DNA of 64,000 nucleotides. Origin: the human T2T-CHM13v2.0 reference genome, Homo sapiens. The stretch lies in the NCBI RefSeq assembly GCF_009914755.1, contig NC_060933.1, one strand, 5' to 3'. Shown in pieces: positions 33,637 to 50,979 of this stretch. The notes under the pieces were generated by a model. That model saw only the letters and a list, made by a program, of their open reading frames with translations, was not told the DNA's origin and ran no database searches. Position numbers and translations under genes: made by a program. Numbering within the stretch: the first letter of the stretch is position 1; each line of letters starts with the position of its first letter.

Positions 33637-36600
33637 CAGATGAAATATTATAGGTTTATTTAAAACATAATTCTCATCCTGAGATGAGAAATGTTCATTT
33701 GTTCACAAAATGTTCATTTTTCAATGTTTACAAAATGTTCATTTTTTTTTACTTTGTTATTTACAAATATACGGAAGTAGTTTACTTAAATTTTTATTAC
33801 ATATTTATTAAGGCAGGTAACTACATAGAAAAAAATTTTATTCTGTCTTAAGCATACTTGGGAATAAACCATTTGACAAATTATTGCACATCTGAAACCA
33901 CAGTGCATAACAAACTACAAAAAATGGTAAGTTTTGTTTTGTTTTGTTTTTTTAAGACAGGGTCTTGCTCTGTCGCACAGGCTGGGGTGCAGAGGTGCGA
34001 CCTTAGCCTACTGCAACCTTGAATTCCTGGGCTCAAGCAATCCTCTTGCCTCAGCCTCCTGAGTAGTTAGGACTACAGGTGTGTACCACCACACTTGGGT
34101 AATTTTTTTCTTTTTCTTTTTCCTTTTTCCTTTTTTTTTTTTTAAGAGTTAGGGTTCACTGTTTTGTCCAGGCTGGTCTAGGAACTCCTGGGCTCAAGCA
34201 GTCCTCCTGTCTTGGCCTCCCAAAGCGTCAGAATTACAGGTGTTGAGCCACTGCATCTGACCAAAATGTTAAAGACATAAACAAGGCTTATTTATCTTAC
34301 TTAGGTCATAAATGTAGATCAGAAGACAAAAGTAGATTTTCCTTGTCAAAGTATGCAGCAGTTTCAGAACTTTGGCTTCCTTGTTTAGTGCTTTTAGAAC
34401 CAAGACTAACCAAGCACCATTATTTAGGATATTAACACACATTTTCTGTATCTGAATTTCTTCTTCTAACATCATAATAATGATTTTTAGAAGGCAAAGA
34501 GAATACAAGGTGATCTTCATGCTTATATCGTATTAAAACACAATTCAAGGGAATTCTAGTTTTCCCTCCCCTCAACTTAGGGATTTCATGTATACCCTTA
34601 TATCCACAACTTCCAGTCACCTGCTTGGTGTTTTCTAAGTCCAGGAATATTCAAGTTGGATTTAGAATTGGAGTGATAGTAGATCCAATCACAGATCCCA
34701 ACTGTTCTTTGATTTTTATCTTTTGGATTCCTAATTTTTCTTGATTATTCACTCACAAGTTGACTCAGTTCAGCACTTGACCATGATTGTAGTGCTTCCC
34801 AGGTGGCCTCCTCTTCTCACTGGGGAGGCAGTGTGAAAGGTAAAAAAAAAAAAGCTACTGAATTCTCTTCTGGCGGCGTGGGTCATATCCACTGTTTGTG
34901 ATTTAAAAGTGCTTCATGTGGAAGGCAAGGCAGTCTGACCTGGAAAATGCAGGGTTGTACTTCTGGCATTGGAACGGGCTGTTCCCTGTGTGTTGGCAAT
35001 AGTGCCTGGTCAGTTCATCTGAGAGGACAGATTTCCACTCACGGCCATCTCAGGCCCAGTGGTAAGGTTTCTCATCTGTGTAGGTTTGCGGTGTTTCTTG
35101 AGGCGAGAGCTGTCTGTGTAGGTTTTGCCGCTGCCTATGTAATCCCAAGTGTGGGTAGTGATCTTTTTTGGCTTGTGCTCCTCCAAGATGCAGGAACAGG
35201 GTGCCACGAGCTCTTGGTAACGGAGCAGCGAGACCTGCAGCTACATCTGGTCGGGCAGGAAGAGTGGGAAGTTGGGCTGGGTGGCACAGAAGCCCAGGGG
35301 AGCAGCAGCACAGGGTGACAGTCCCTGCTGCTCAGCAGTTCCTTGGGACCCAGGGTCGGAATAGTCTTGGTAAAGGAGCTGCTATCCGGGGGGAAGTCGC
35401 CTTTGGGCATTGCTGAAAGCGGGGCCTGTGCCCAGGTGGGCCTCTATGGGCCAGACGTTGGAGGCCTGCGGCTGTAGGGTGCCCCCACTGCTGAGTGGGT
35501 GCCAGCACGGCTGCCTTTGCTCACACTGAAGACCAAAGAGCTGCCGAACTCGTTCCCAGGGGCGCTCCTTGACGCTGTCCACATGGAACTTGCCTGCCAG
35601 CCTGCCGGCTGCGGTGGAACTTACACGGGTTAAGTTCTGGGCGCGGGAGCCCTGCCGTCCAGTCGCCCAGGGGTCTCACGCTGTTGAAGTCCTCCAGGTT
35701 GAAGGGAGCTGTGGGCGGGGCCCACACTCCCGGCTGTAGAGGAGGCCTCCGCCGGTGTTGCCCGGTCCAACGCCCCGATGCCCCTGGCCTGCATGGCTAG
35801 TCAAAGCGGCCGGTGGCCGGTGCGCTGGTGGGGAGGACGATCGGCTGACGCCAGCGAGGACACGGTGGCGGCCACTGACTCCTGCCGGAGCAGCGAATTG
35901 GAAGGGATGAAGTCCTGGTCCATGAGGTCATGGGACTCCTCCCATGGAATGTGGCATTGCTACCACTGAAAGCTACGCCAACTCAGCCGCTCTCCCAAGT
36001 CTGTCACCAGGTCATGGGGTGGCTGGGAAGCACCAGGGGAAGTCGCTTTATGTGGAGAGCACCTCCAACTGCCGGACGGTGTCTTCTGCTTCCCGTTGGG
36101 TGGAATGCAACATGGAGAGAGACTGGAACAGTGGGTCACTGACAGCCATGTCAGACTTGCTAGGTGGCTGCCTCATTAATGTGGGGCCCTGAAGGCCCTC
36201 AGGAGCCCGAAGCAGCAGGGGTATCTCAAAGCCAATGAAGAGGGGATAGAAAGATTAGAAATGAAGCCTCCAGCCTGGGCAATGTGGTGAGACCCCATCT
36301 CTACAGAAAACAAACAAAACAATAAGCAAAACAAAACAAACAAACAAAACCAAAAACTTTGGTTGGTGAGGTGGGACCTGTAGTCCCAGCTACTTGAGGA
36401 GGCTGAGGCAGGAGGATCACTTGAGCCTAGGAGTTCCAGGTTACAGTGAGCCGTGATCATGCTTCTGCATTCTAGCCTGGGTCTTCCAGCCTGTCTCTAA
36501 AAAGAAGAAGAAGGAGAAGGGGAAGGGGAAGGGGAAGGCCAAAACCAAAAAACCCCAAATTTCCAGAGATCCTTCTTTGGATCCTTCTTTGGATCAAATA

Positions 36601-36958
36601 TTAGTTGGAGACAGCTTTAAAAAAAAGTTTTATATACAAAAGTTTTTAGAAAACTAAACTCTTATAGAAATAGACAATCAGCAGGGTAAGTAGGTCAAGT
36701 GGCCAGGCTGTACTCTCTTTGACTCATCAGTTCCCTCATGCTATGGGCACAGGGACAGTGGGCAGGTAGCTGGTCAGGTGACTGGCAGTGGTGGGTGTAG
36801 CTGAGGGCTTGCGGGTGGTGCAGTGCATGCTGGTGGATGGAGGAGGGGTGAGAAGAGCATTTGACCATTCTTGGTGCTGCGACTGCCTGCCACTACCTAT
36901 CACTGCCTTTGTTCCCCAGAGGCCAGCAGCTGTGCTTGCCTTGTCAGTCTGGGGAACT
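33637..36958 (-). pseudogene. KLF4P1: Full-length processed pseudogene of KLF4, interrupted by Alus (33932-34262, 36268-36500)
   Basis: ATG 36176 (atgaggcagccacct..gacatggctgtcagtgac), PPTAPFNL, ELLSSRDCHP, decayed C2H2 fingers (THTWDYIGSGKTYT; tcagatgaactgaccaggcac), stop 34905-34903. KLF4-like 3'UTR with AATAAA at 33660-33655 and 5'UTR to agttcccc at 36958. No introns; frameshifts. Symbol from recall. Confidence 0.93.
35540..35900. promoter_or_regulatory. Intragenic CpG-island-like segment within the KLF4 retrocopy
   Basis: 31 CpG counted by hand in 360 bp. Confidence 0.65.
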
Positions 36959-37130
36959 CAGAGTCTTTATTTCTTTTGTTGCTGTTATATAGTTTTCAGC
37001 ATACAAGTACAGTACATGTTTTGTTAGAATTGTTTGTAAATATGTTGTTTTTTTGGAGCAATTGTAAATGGTGTATCATATTTTAAATTTTAGTTTCTGT
37101 GTTGATTATTAGTATATAGAAATACCATTG

Positions 37131-37131
<1 letters not shown>

Positions 37132-37194
<63 letters not shown>
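37132..37194. repeat. (TG)n microsatellite with one interruption
   Basis: Seen directly. Confidence 0.95.
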
Positions 37195-37198
<4 letters not shown>

Positions 37199-37704
37199 TT
37201 ATCTGGTATCTTCCAGCATTGCTGAATTTATTTAGGAGGTTTTTTTTTCCCTTGTCATTTCCTTGGAATTTATTTTCTGTGTAGCTGGTCATGTTGTCTA
37301 CAAATAGTAACAGTTTGATTTCTTCATTTTTGATATGTACGCCTTTTATTTCCCTCTGCCTTATTGCACTGGCTAGAATTTCTAGCACCATGTTAAGTAA
37401 AATGGGTGGGAGGGAACATCCTTGCCTTGTTCCCTATCTTAGGGGGAAAGCATCCCCCTAAGTATGTTAGCTATATGTTTTATGTAGATTTTAAAAAGTC
37501 AAGTTGAGAAAGTAATCTTTTATAACAGTTTTTCTAAGTGTCTTTTTAAACAATGAATGAGTGTTGTATTTTGTCCAATGCTTTTTCTGCACCAGTTGAT
37601 GTGACCATGTGATTTTTCTTCTTCAGCCTATAAATATGGTATATTGCCTTGATTGATATTTAAATATTGAACCAGCCTTGCATTCCTGGAATAGATTCTA
37701 CTTG

Positions 37705-37708
<4 letters not shown>

Positions 37709-37748
<40 letters not shown>
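37709..37748. repeat. (CA)n microsatellite
   Basis: Seen directly. Confidence 0.95.
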
Positions 37749-37754
<6 letters not shown>

Positions 37755-38631
37755 TTACATATATATTGCTGAATTTTATTTGCTAATGTTTTGTTAAGGA
37801 CTTTTGTTTGTATGTTCGTGAGCAATATTGCTCTGTAGTTTTTTTTTTGTGCTGCTTTGGTCTGGTTTTGGTATCAGGGTAGCGCTAGTTTAAATTAAAT
37901 CAATTGGAAAGTTTCCTGTTTTCTGAAAGAGATTGTGTAGAATTGTTTTTAATTCTTTAAATGTTTGGCAGAATTTCATATGGGCCAAGAGATTTCTTTT
38001 TTGGGAGTTTTTAGATTATGCATTTCATTTCCTGAATGTTTATAGGGCTATTCAAGTGATGTATTTTGTATGTGTAAGTTGTGGTAGTTTGTGTTTTTTG
38101 AAGAAGTGGTCCGTTTCATCTAACTTGTTGAATTAATATGTGTAGAGTTTACAGTGTTTCCTTATTATCCTTTTGATGTCTGCAGGATCTGTAGTGATAT
38201 CTCCTGTTTTATTCCCGATGTTGCTAATTGTGTTTGTCTGTGGGGGCGTGGGGGTGTCTTGTCTGTGTCCTCACCTTTTAGTTCAGTCTTGCTGGACGTT
38301 GTCAATTTTATTGATCTCTTTAAAGACCCGGTTCTGTGTTTCTCTGATTTTTCTATCTTGCTTTTCAGTTTTCAATTTATTTCTGTTCTTTATTATTTCC
38401 TTCCTTCACTTGCTTTGAGTTTATTTTGCTCTTTTTCTAAGTGTTTGAGGTGGAGCATAGATTATTGGGAACTTTTTCTGTTTCCTAGTGTATGTATTTA
38501 AAGCAATTACATTTTTGTCTCAACATTGCCTTAGTTGTATCCCATAAATTTTGGTATATTTCATTTTAGTTTTCATTTAGGTCAACGTAATTTTTATTTT
38601 CTTTGAAACTCCTATCCTTTGACCTATGGTT

Positions 38632-41242
<2,611 letters not shown>

Positions 41243-42019
41243 AGTTTTCGTATTTTTAAAGGTATTTTTTCTTTCAACTTTGTTTTTCATTTTTTTAAGT
41301 AAATTTTTACCGAAGCGTACCATATATTAAGAAAAGTGCGTAACCAATAAATGTACAGTTTGATGAGTTATTACTGTGGACATACCGATGTAGCTATTAC
41401 CCATGAAAAGAAACAGTATGCCAGCATCCTCCCATGCTTGTGCCCAGCCACACCATTCCCTCCCACTGCCAAGGTAAGCATTAAATTTTTAACACCATGG
41501 ATTAGGTTTCTAAAATATTAACTATAATTTTTGTAAATGGAATCATATAGTACGTAATTGTTTGTGTGCCTGGCCTCTTTAGCTCTGTTGTATTTGTGAC
41601 ATATCTCCGTGTTGTAGCAGCAGTTTGTTGACTTTCTTTACTACGTCATGTTATTCTGTTTTTTTAATGTGCCACAATTTAGTTTTGATGAAAATTTGGC
41701 TTGTTTCCACTTTTAACTATTAAAAACAGTGATACCAAGAATATTCTTGTACAGTCTTTTGGTGCACATATATGTGTATGTCTCTTGCCTGAATGCTGGA
41801 TCGTAGGGTGTGCCTATGTTTAGTTTTCCCAAGTGGTTGTACAAAGTGACTGTAAATATATCTGAGGTCTAGTTACTCCACATCCTATTCAGCACTTGGT
41901 ATTGCCAGTCTGTTTAATTTTAACCAGTTTTGTAGGTGTATTGTAGTCATTCATTGTGGTTTTAATTTATATTACCCTGTGACTAATGAGACTGAGCACC
42001 CTTTCTTTTGCTTTCATTG

Positions 42020-45000
42020 TTTTTAGTGATCACAAATAATTGTAGGTATTTAGTATTTATTGGGCACAGTGTGATATTTTGATACATGTATACAGTATAT
42101 AATGATAAAATCAGGGTAGTTAGCATATCCATCACCTCAAACATTTCTTTGTGCTGAAAACATTCAAAATCTGTTCTAGCTATTTGAAAATATACACCAG
42201 CCTGGGCAACATAGCAGACCCCATCTCCACAAAAATAAAAATAAAAAATTAGCCAGGTGTGGTGGTGCACACCTATTGTCCCAGCTACTCAGGAGGCTGA
42301 GGTGGGAGGATCACTTGAGCCCAGGAGTTGGAGGTTGCAGTGAGTCATGATCACACCACTGCACTGGGCAATAGAGCAAAACCCTGTATCTTTGCAAAAA
42401 AAAAAAAAAGGAAAAAAGAAAATATACAGTAAATTATTGTTAATTATGGTCACTCTATAGTGCTATAGAACATTAGAACTTATTTCTCTTATCTACCTGT
42501 ACTTTTATATTTGTTAACCAGCCTTTGGCTATCCTTCCTTCTCCCCTCCCTTTCCCCGCCTCTAGTAACCACTATTCTATCCTCTACTTGCTATGGGATC
42601 AACTTTTTTAGCTTCCACAAGATATGTGGTATTTATCTTTCTGTGTCTGGCTTATCTTACTTAACATAATGTTCTACAAAAGCCTCTTCATGTTGCTGCC
42701 AGTGACAGAATTTCGTTCTTTTTTATAGCTAAACAGTATTCCGTTATGTATGTGTTTGTGAATAGTGGTTTAATAAACCTGAGAGTGCAGATATCTCATT
42801 GACATTGATTTCTTTCCTTTTGGTATATACCTAGTAATGGGATTGCTGGATCATATGGTAGTTCAATTTTAGTTTTTGAGGAATATCTGTACTGTTTCCC
42901 ATAATGGCTATACTAATTTACATTTCCACCAACAGTGTATTTAAGTTCCTTCTTTTTGTATCCTTGCCATCATTTGTTATTTTTTGTCTTTTTAATAATT
43001 GCCATTCTAACTGGGGTGAGATGATATCTCATTGGGGTTTTGATTTGCATTTCCCTGATAATTAGTGATGCTGAGCACTTTTTCATATACCTGTTGGCCA
43101 TTTGTATGTCTTTTGAGGGATGTCTATTCAGCTTTTTTGCTGACTTTTAAAATTGGATTATTTGTATTTTTGTGTGTGTACTGGTGAGTTCCTTGTATAT
43201 TCTGGTTATTAATCCCTTGTTGGATGGATAGTTTGTATTTTTCTTTCATAGCTTCACTCCAATGGTTTCCTTTGCTGTGCAGAAGCTTTTTAGTTTGTTG
43301 TAATCCCTTTTGCTTTTGCCTAGTTTTTCTTTTGTTGCCTATGCTTTTGAGGTCTTCTCCAGAAAATGTTTGCCCAGAGTAAACGTCCTGTAATGCTTCC
43401 CTAATGTTTTCTTCTAGTAGTTTCATAGTATTGGATCTTACATTTAAGTCTTTAAGTTCATTTTTTTTTAATATGATGAGAGTAGGCATCTAGTTCCTTT
43501 CTTCTGCATATGGCTATAGTTTTCCCAGGACCATTATGTATATTTTTAAATTTTAGAAATAGAGACGAGGTTTCACTATATTGTGCAGGTTGGTCTTAAT
43601 CTCCTGGGCTCAAACGATCCTCCTGCCTTGGCCTCCTGAAAGGCTGGGATTACAAAGTTTGTAGTATATTTCAAAGTCACGTAGTGTAATGCCTCTTGCT
43701 TTGTTCTTTTTTCTCAGAATTGCTTTGGCTGTTAAAGGTCTTTTGCGGGTCCATATGAATATTAGGTTTTTTTTTCTGTTTCTGTAAATAATGTCATTGG
43801 TATTTTGATAGGGATTGCATTGAATCTGTAGATAAAGATGGAATGTGTTTCCATTTTTTTTGTGTGTGTCCTAAAGTTTTCCTTTTAGAGAGCTTTCACT
43901 TCCTTGGTTAAATTTATTTCTAGGTATTTTATGGTTTTTTTTAGTTCTTGTAAATGCGATTGCTTATTGATTTCTTTTTCTGCTAATTCATTGTTAGTAT
44001 GTAAAAATGTTACTGATTTTTGTGTATTGATTTTATATCTTAGAACTACTGAATTTGTTTATCAGTTCTAGGAGTTCATGGCAGTACTTTAAGAGTTTTC
44101 TATATATAAGATCATGTTGTCTGCAAACGGGAACAGCTTAACTTCCTCCTTCCCGATTTGGATGCCCTTTATTTCTGTGTCTTGCCTAATTGCTTTGGCT
44201 AGGCTAGGACTTCCAGTACTATGTTCAGTAGGAGTGGTGATAGTAGGCATCCTTGAGTTGTTCCAGATCTTAGAGGAAAAGCTTTAAAATTTCCCCCATT
44301 TGATCTAATTAAACTAAAGAGCTTCTGCACAGCAAAAGAAACTACCATCAGAGTGAACAGGCAACCTACAGAATGGGAGAAAATTTTTGCAATCTACCCA
44401 TCTGACAAAGGGCTAATATCCAGAATCTACAAAGAACTTAAACAAATTTACAAGAAAAAAATCAAACAACCCCATCAAAAAGTGGGCAAAGGATATGAAC
44501 AGACACTTCTCAAAAGAAGATATTTATGCAGCCAACAGACACATGAAAAAATGTTCATCATCACTGGCCATCAGAGAAATGCAAATCAAAACCACAGTGA
44601 GATACCATCTCACACCAGTTAGAATGGCGATCCTTAAAAAGTCAGGAAACAACAGGTGCTGAAGAGGATGTGAAGAAATAGGAACACTTTTACACTGTTG
44701 GTGGGAGTGTAAACTAGTTCAGCCATTGTGGAAGACAGTGTGGCGATTCCTCAAGGATCTAGAACTAGAAATACCATTTGACCCAGCCATCCCATTACTG
44801 GGTATATACCCAAAGGATTATAAATCATGCTGCTACAAAGACACACGCACACGTATGTTTATTGCGGCACTATTCACAATAGGAAAGACTTGGAACCAAC
44901 CCAAATGTCCATCAGTGATAGACCGGATTAAGAAAATGTGGCACATATACACCATGGAATACTGTGCAGCCATAAAAAATGATGAGTTCAGGTCCTTTGT

Positions 45001-47230
45001 AGGGACATGGATAAAACTGGAAACCATCATTCTGAGCAAACTGTCGCAAGGACAGAAAACCAAACACTGCATGTTCTCACTCATAGGTGGGAATTGAACA
45101 ATGAGAACACTTGGACACAGAGTGGGGAACTTCACACACCGGGGCCTGTCATGGGGTGGGGGGAATGACGAGTTAATGGGTGCAGCACACCAGCATGGCA
45201 CACTTATACATATATAACCAGCACGTTGTGCACATGTACCCTAGAACTTAAAGTATAATTTAAAAAAATACAATAAAATAAAATTTCCCCCATTCAGTAT
45301 GTTAGCTGTGAGTTTGTCATATACAGCCTTTATTGTGTTGAGGTGTGTTCTTTCTATACCTAACGTAAGAGTTTTTATCATGAGGGGGTTTTGAAATTTA
45401 AAAAAATTTTTTTTAGAGATAGGGTCTGACTTCGTTGCCCACGCTGAAGTGCAGTGATACAAGCATAGTTTACTGCAACCTTGAACTCCTGGGCTCAAGC
45501 AATCTTTCCGGCCTGGTCTCCCTACAGGTGTTTGCCACCATGCCCGGCTTTTGTATTTTTTGTAGAGATGGCGGTCTCGCTTTGTTGCCCAGGCTGGTCG
45601 CCAACTCCTGGGCATGATCATCCTCCTGCCTTGGCTTCCCAAAGTTTTGGGATTCTAGGCATGAGCCACAGTACTTAGCCTCCTGTCCTTATAAAAATTG
45701 TTTTCTGGTTGATTCGTGTCTCCTTTTTTTCTTCCCGTCTTATTGTTTATCATTGCAGTTTGATGGTTTTCTATAGTGATAAGGTTTGATTTTTTTCTCT
45801 TTGTCCTTTGTGTATTTGTTCTACCAGTGAGTTTTATACTTTCATGTTTTTTCATGGTAGTGATTATCATTTTTTCATTTCTAGATGTAGGACCTTCTTG
45901 AGCATTTCTTGTAAGGCCTGGCTAATAGTAATGAATTTCCTCAGTTTTTGCTTGTCTGGGAAAGACTTCATTTCTGAAGGATAGCTTTTTTGGGTATAGT
46001 GTTTTTGGTTGACGTTTTTTTTTTCTTTCAGCATTTTGAATATATCATCTTATTCTCTCATGGTCTATAAGGTTTCTCTGGAGAAATCTGTTTTTAGTGT
46101 AATGGGGATTTCCTTGTATTAACTTGATGCCTTTTTCTCTTGCTGTTTTTAGAATTCTCTTTTTATCTTTCACTTTTGACAGTTTAACTATTAATATGCC
46201 TTGGGAAGACCCTTTTGGGTTGAATCTATTTTGGAACCTTTGAGCTTCCTAGATCTGTATGTTCATACCTCTTATCAGCCTTGGGAGCTTTTCACCTATT
46301 TCATTTGGCAGGCTTTCTGTGCTTCCTTTTTTCTCCTCCTGGAACTTTCATAACATGAACATTTGTTTGCTTAATGATTTCCTGTAAGACTTGTAGGTGT
46401 TCTCATTTCATTTTCATTCTCATTTCTTATTTCTTTGAGTAGGTAATTTTGAAAGACTTATCTTCAAGTTCAGAGATTTGTGTCTTATGCTTGATCATGT
46501 CTGCTATTTTAGTTCTATTATATTTATTTCATTCATTGAAGTCTTAAGCTGCAGTATTTTTCTTTTCTTTTTTTTTTTGCAACTGCAAATTTTAAAATTT
46601 ATCCAGGAAGCATCAGATCTGGCCCAGTGGGGTGGGGTAGGGGTAGGTGGAGTGGCTCCATCTTCATTTGGCACCATGCTGAAAGGTACAGTAGCCGCTT
46701 AAAGCTCGGCTTGAGGATGTTGGGCCACTGGTCTAGGGTGTATCCTCAGGGGAAAAGGGGGGTTTTTGCTGCTTGCTCCTGGAGCAAGACACACTCCAGC
46801 CATAGTTCTAATTCCAGGATAGTGTAGCGCAGGCCACAGGGAGCTGGGCACGGTGTTGACTCCTTCTCTGTGGGGAGCACAGCTACGTATGTATACTCCA
46901 GGCAGCTTAGGCCTATGAGGACTGCAGGGTTCCTCAGTGGTGAGGTCTGTAAGTGTCTAAGGTATTGATAGGGATCGCTAGGATCCTCTTCCTTACCTCC
47001 TTGCAGCAGGGAGAAGTCCTTTTGGTTCCCAGCTGATCCTGATTGGGGATTGGGGTGATAGAAGCTTGGCATTTCCTTCTGCTCTCTCTGTGGTCATCTC
47101 GAGTTTCTTTTATAAACTCTTCTGATGCACTCTGGCACCCTTCCTCAGTTATTTGTGTTAAAGTCTAGTTGTTTAATTGTTGTTTTGGCCGTCTTTGTGA
47201 AGGATTTCTAGCTGGCCATCTTGATCTGAG
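42020..47230 (-). mobile_element. Fragmented antisense L1MA/L1M with nested Alus and an L1PA
   Basis: L1MA 3' end (aatcagggtagttagcatatccatcacctcaaacattt); ORF2 remnant KDLNVRSNTMKLLEENI; ORF1/5' remnants toward 46-47 kb. Confidence 0.75.
44301..45278 (+). mobile_element. 5'-truncated L1PA (about PA4-5), ~1 kb
   Basis: ORF2 C-terminus ([14 protein letters not shown]; WKTVWRFLKDLELEIPFDPAIPLLGIYPK); TSD taaaatttcccccatt (44285-44300, 45279-45294). Confidence 0.93.
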
Positions 47231-47873
47231 CACCTTTTCTTTGATGTATTGGTCAGTTGGATATCCTCTTTTATGAAGTCTCCATTCAGATATTTTGCTC
47301 ATTTTTCTGTCTTTTTCTTATTTAATTGTTGATTCATTGGTATATTCTGGATATGTTAAAGGATTGCACATATGTTATTCCACTCTGACTTGTCTTTTGA
47401 CACTTTCAGTGTAGTCTTTTGATAAACAATACTTCATAGTTTTAATATCCAATTTATAAATCTTGCCTATCCTTTTACCATGAAGATACATTCTCTGTGA
47501 ACTTTAAAGTCTTCTGTTTTAAAATATAAACTCTGTGTTACATTTAGCAAACTCATTTGCCATTCTTTTTAAAATAGAATTTGACTGAGAAATAGATACC
47601 AAATTTTATCAGGTGGTTTTTCTGGAATAATTAAGCCAGTTAGTTGAATTTTTCCCCCTGCTTATATAATATTATATTTAATTAATGTTGTTGTTTTCCT
47701 TGTGCTTTATCCGCAGCCCTTTTTGGGATGCATCTTTCTTAATCACAGTAGTAATTTTAAAAATGTGTAATTTAAGAATAACATACTTTCTGAGATGTTA
47801 TTTAAGATTTTTCATCTGTTCTCATTAAATGAGATTAGTTTGTAATTCTGATGTTTTTTAGTGATGTTCTTAA

Positions 47874-49327
<1,454 letters not shown>

Positions 49328-49705
49328 GTTGCTAAGATTTTTAAAGTGATAAATTTTTCTTTGGTAGAATCTCATCTGTTTTGATGAAATTTTTCTTTCT
49401 ATACAATACATTTTATTATGGTCTGCATTTTTTTTTCTTGACCTCAGTATAATTTAGGAAAGATATTTGGTTCTTTACATTAAAATATTTTTTATTTATC
49501 ACATTGTGTATAATAATGCACATATAGAAATAAATAAACATACATATTTGCAAGTGAGTGGATGTCTTAATTTATTCCAAGAATTGAGTATGTGTTTGCA
49601 ATGTCTACCTCTTTGGATTTAATGAGGAAAGGAATGACTCCTAATTTTGCATGTTAACAGCTCACTGTCTTGTCTTCTGGTTATTCGCTAAAGAAATTGA
49701 AATCC

Positions 49706-50014
<309 letters not shown>

Positions 50015-50248
50015 TTATATATATAACTTTTAAACTTTTCCTCACATAATTAAATAATTATTTTAAAAGCATTTCTTAGGGGCACATGGTATTATAAAGA
50101 TCTGTCATAGGCCATTTAATGAAAACAGTTTTGTTGGCTATTTAAATCATGTTGGAATATCTTTGTTTTGTTTATAATTTAAATTTTGTGTATTTTAAGA
50201 AATATGCACATGACACAAAATTCAAAGGGAATAAAAGGGTTTATAGAG

Positions 50249-50470
50249 CAGGGGTCCTCAACCCCAGACAGGGCAGGGTTGGCAGAATGGTTGAAGGATG
50301 AAACTGTTCCACCTCAGATCGTCAGGCATTAGAGTCTCACACGGAGCCAGCAGCCTCGATCCCTTGCATGTGCAGTTCACAATAGGGTTCATGGTCCTAT
50401 GAGAATCCAATGCCATCACTGATCTGATCTATGAAACTGGACCCTGGTGCCAAAAGGTTGGAGAGTGCTG
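50249..50470. mobile_element. MER1-type (hAT-Charlie) element, internally deleted
   Basis: Termini caggggtcctcaacccc and ggttggagagtgctg; gatgaaactgttccacctcagatc; degenerate 8-bp TSD ttatagag/gtttagag. Confidence 0.8.
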
Positions 50471-50645
50471 GTTTAGAGAATCTTTGAATTAAACAGTGTT
50501 ACTAGTTTGTTGTTTTTTTCCCCAGACTTTTTCTTTTTCATAAATAAGCAAATATATGTACATATATGTACACTTGTTCTTTATCCGCAGAAATGGTCAC
50601 TATCAATGTACACTATCTGGTGATGGTACATTAAAAACAGAATTT

Positions 50646-50979
<334 letters not shown>

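Noticed and set aside
34903-36176. KLF4 copy as a functional retrogene
   Set aside because: Early stop and frameshifts, lost zinc-ligating cysteines, deleted basic segment.
44353-45097. L1 ORF2-like ORFs as an active element
   Set aside because: About 1 kb, 5'-truncated and frameshifted, with no promoter, ORF1, endonuclease or RT core.
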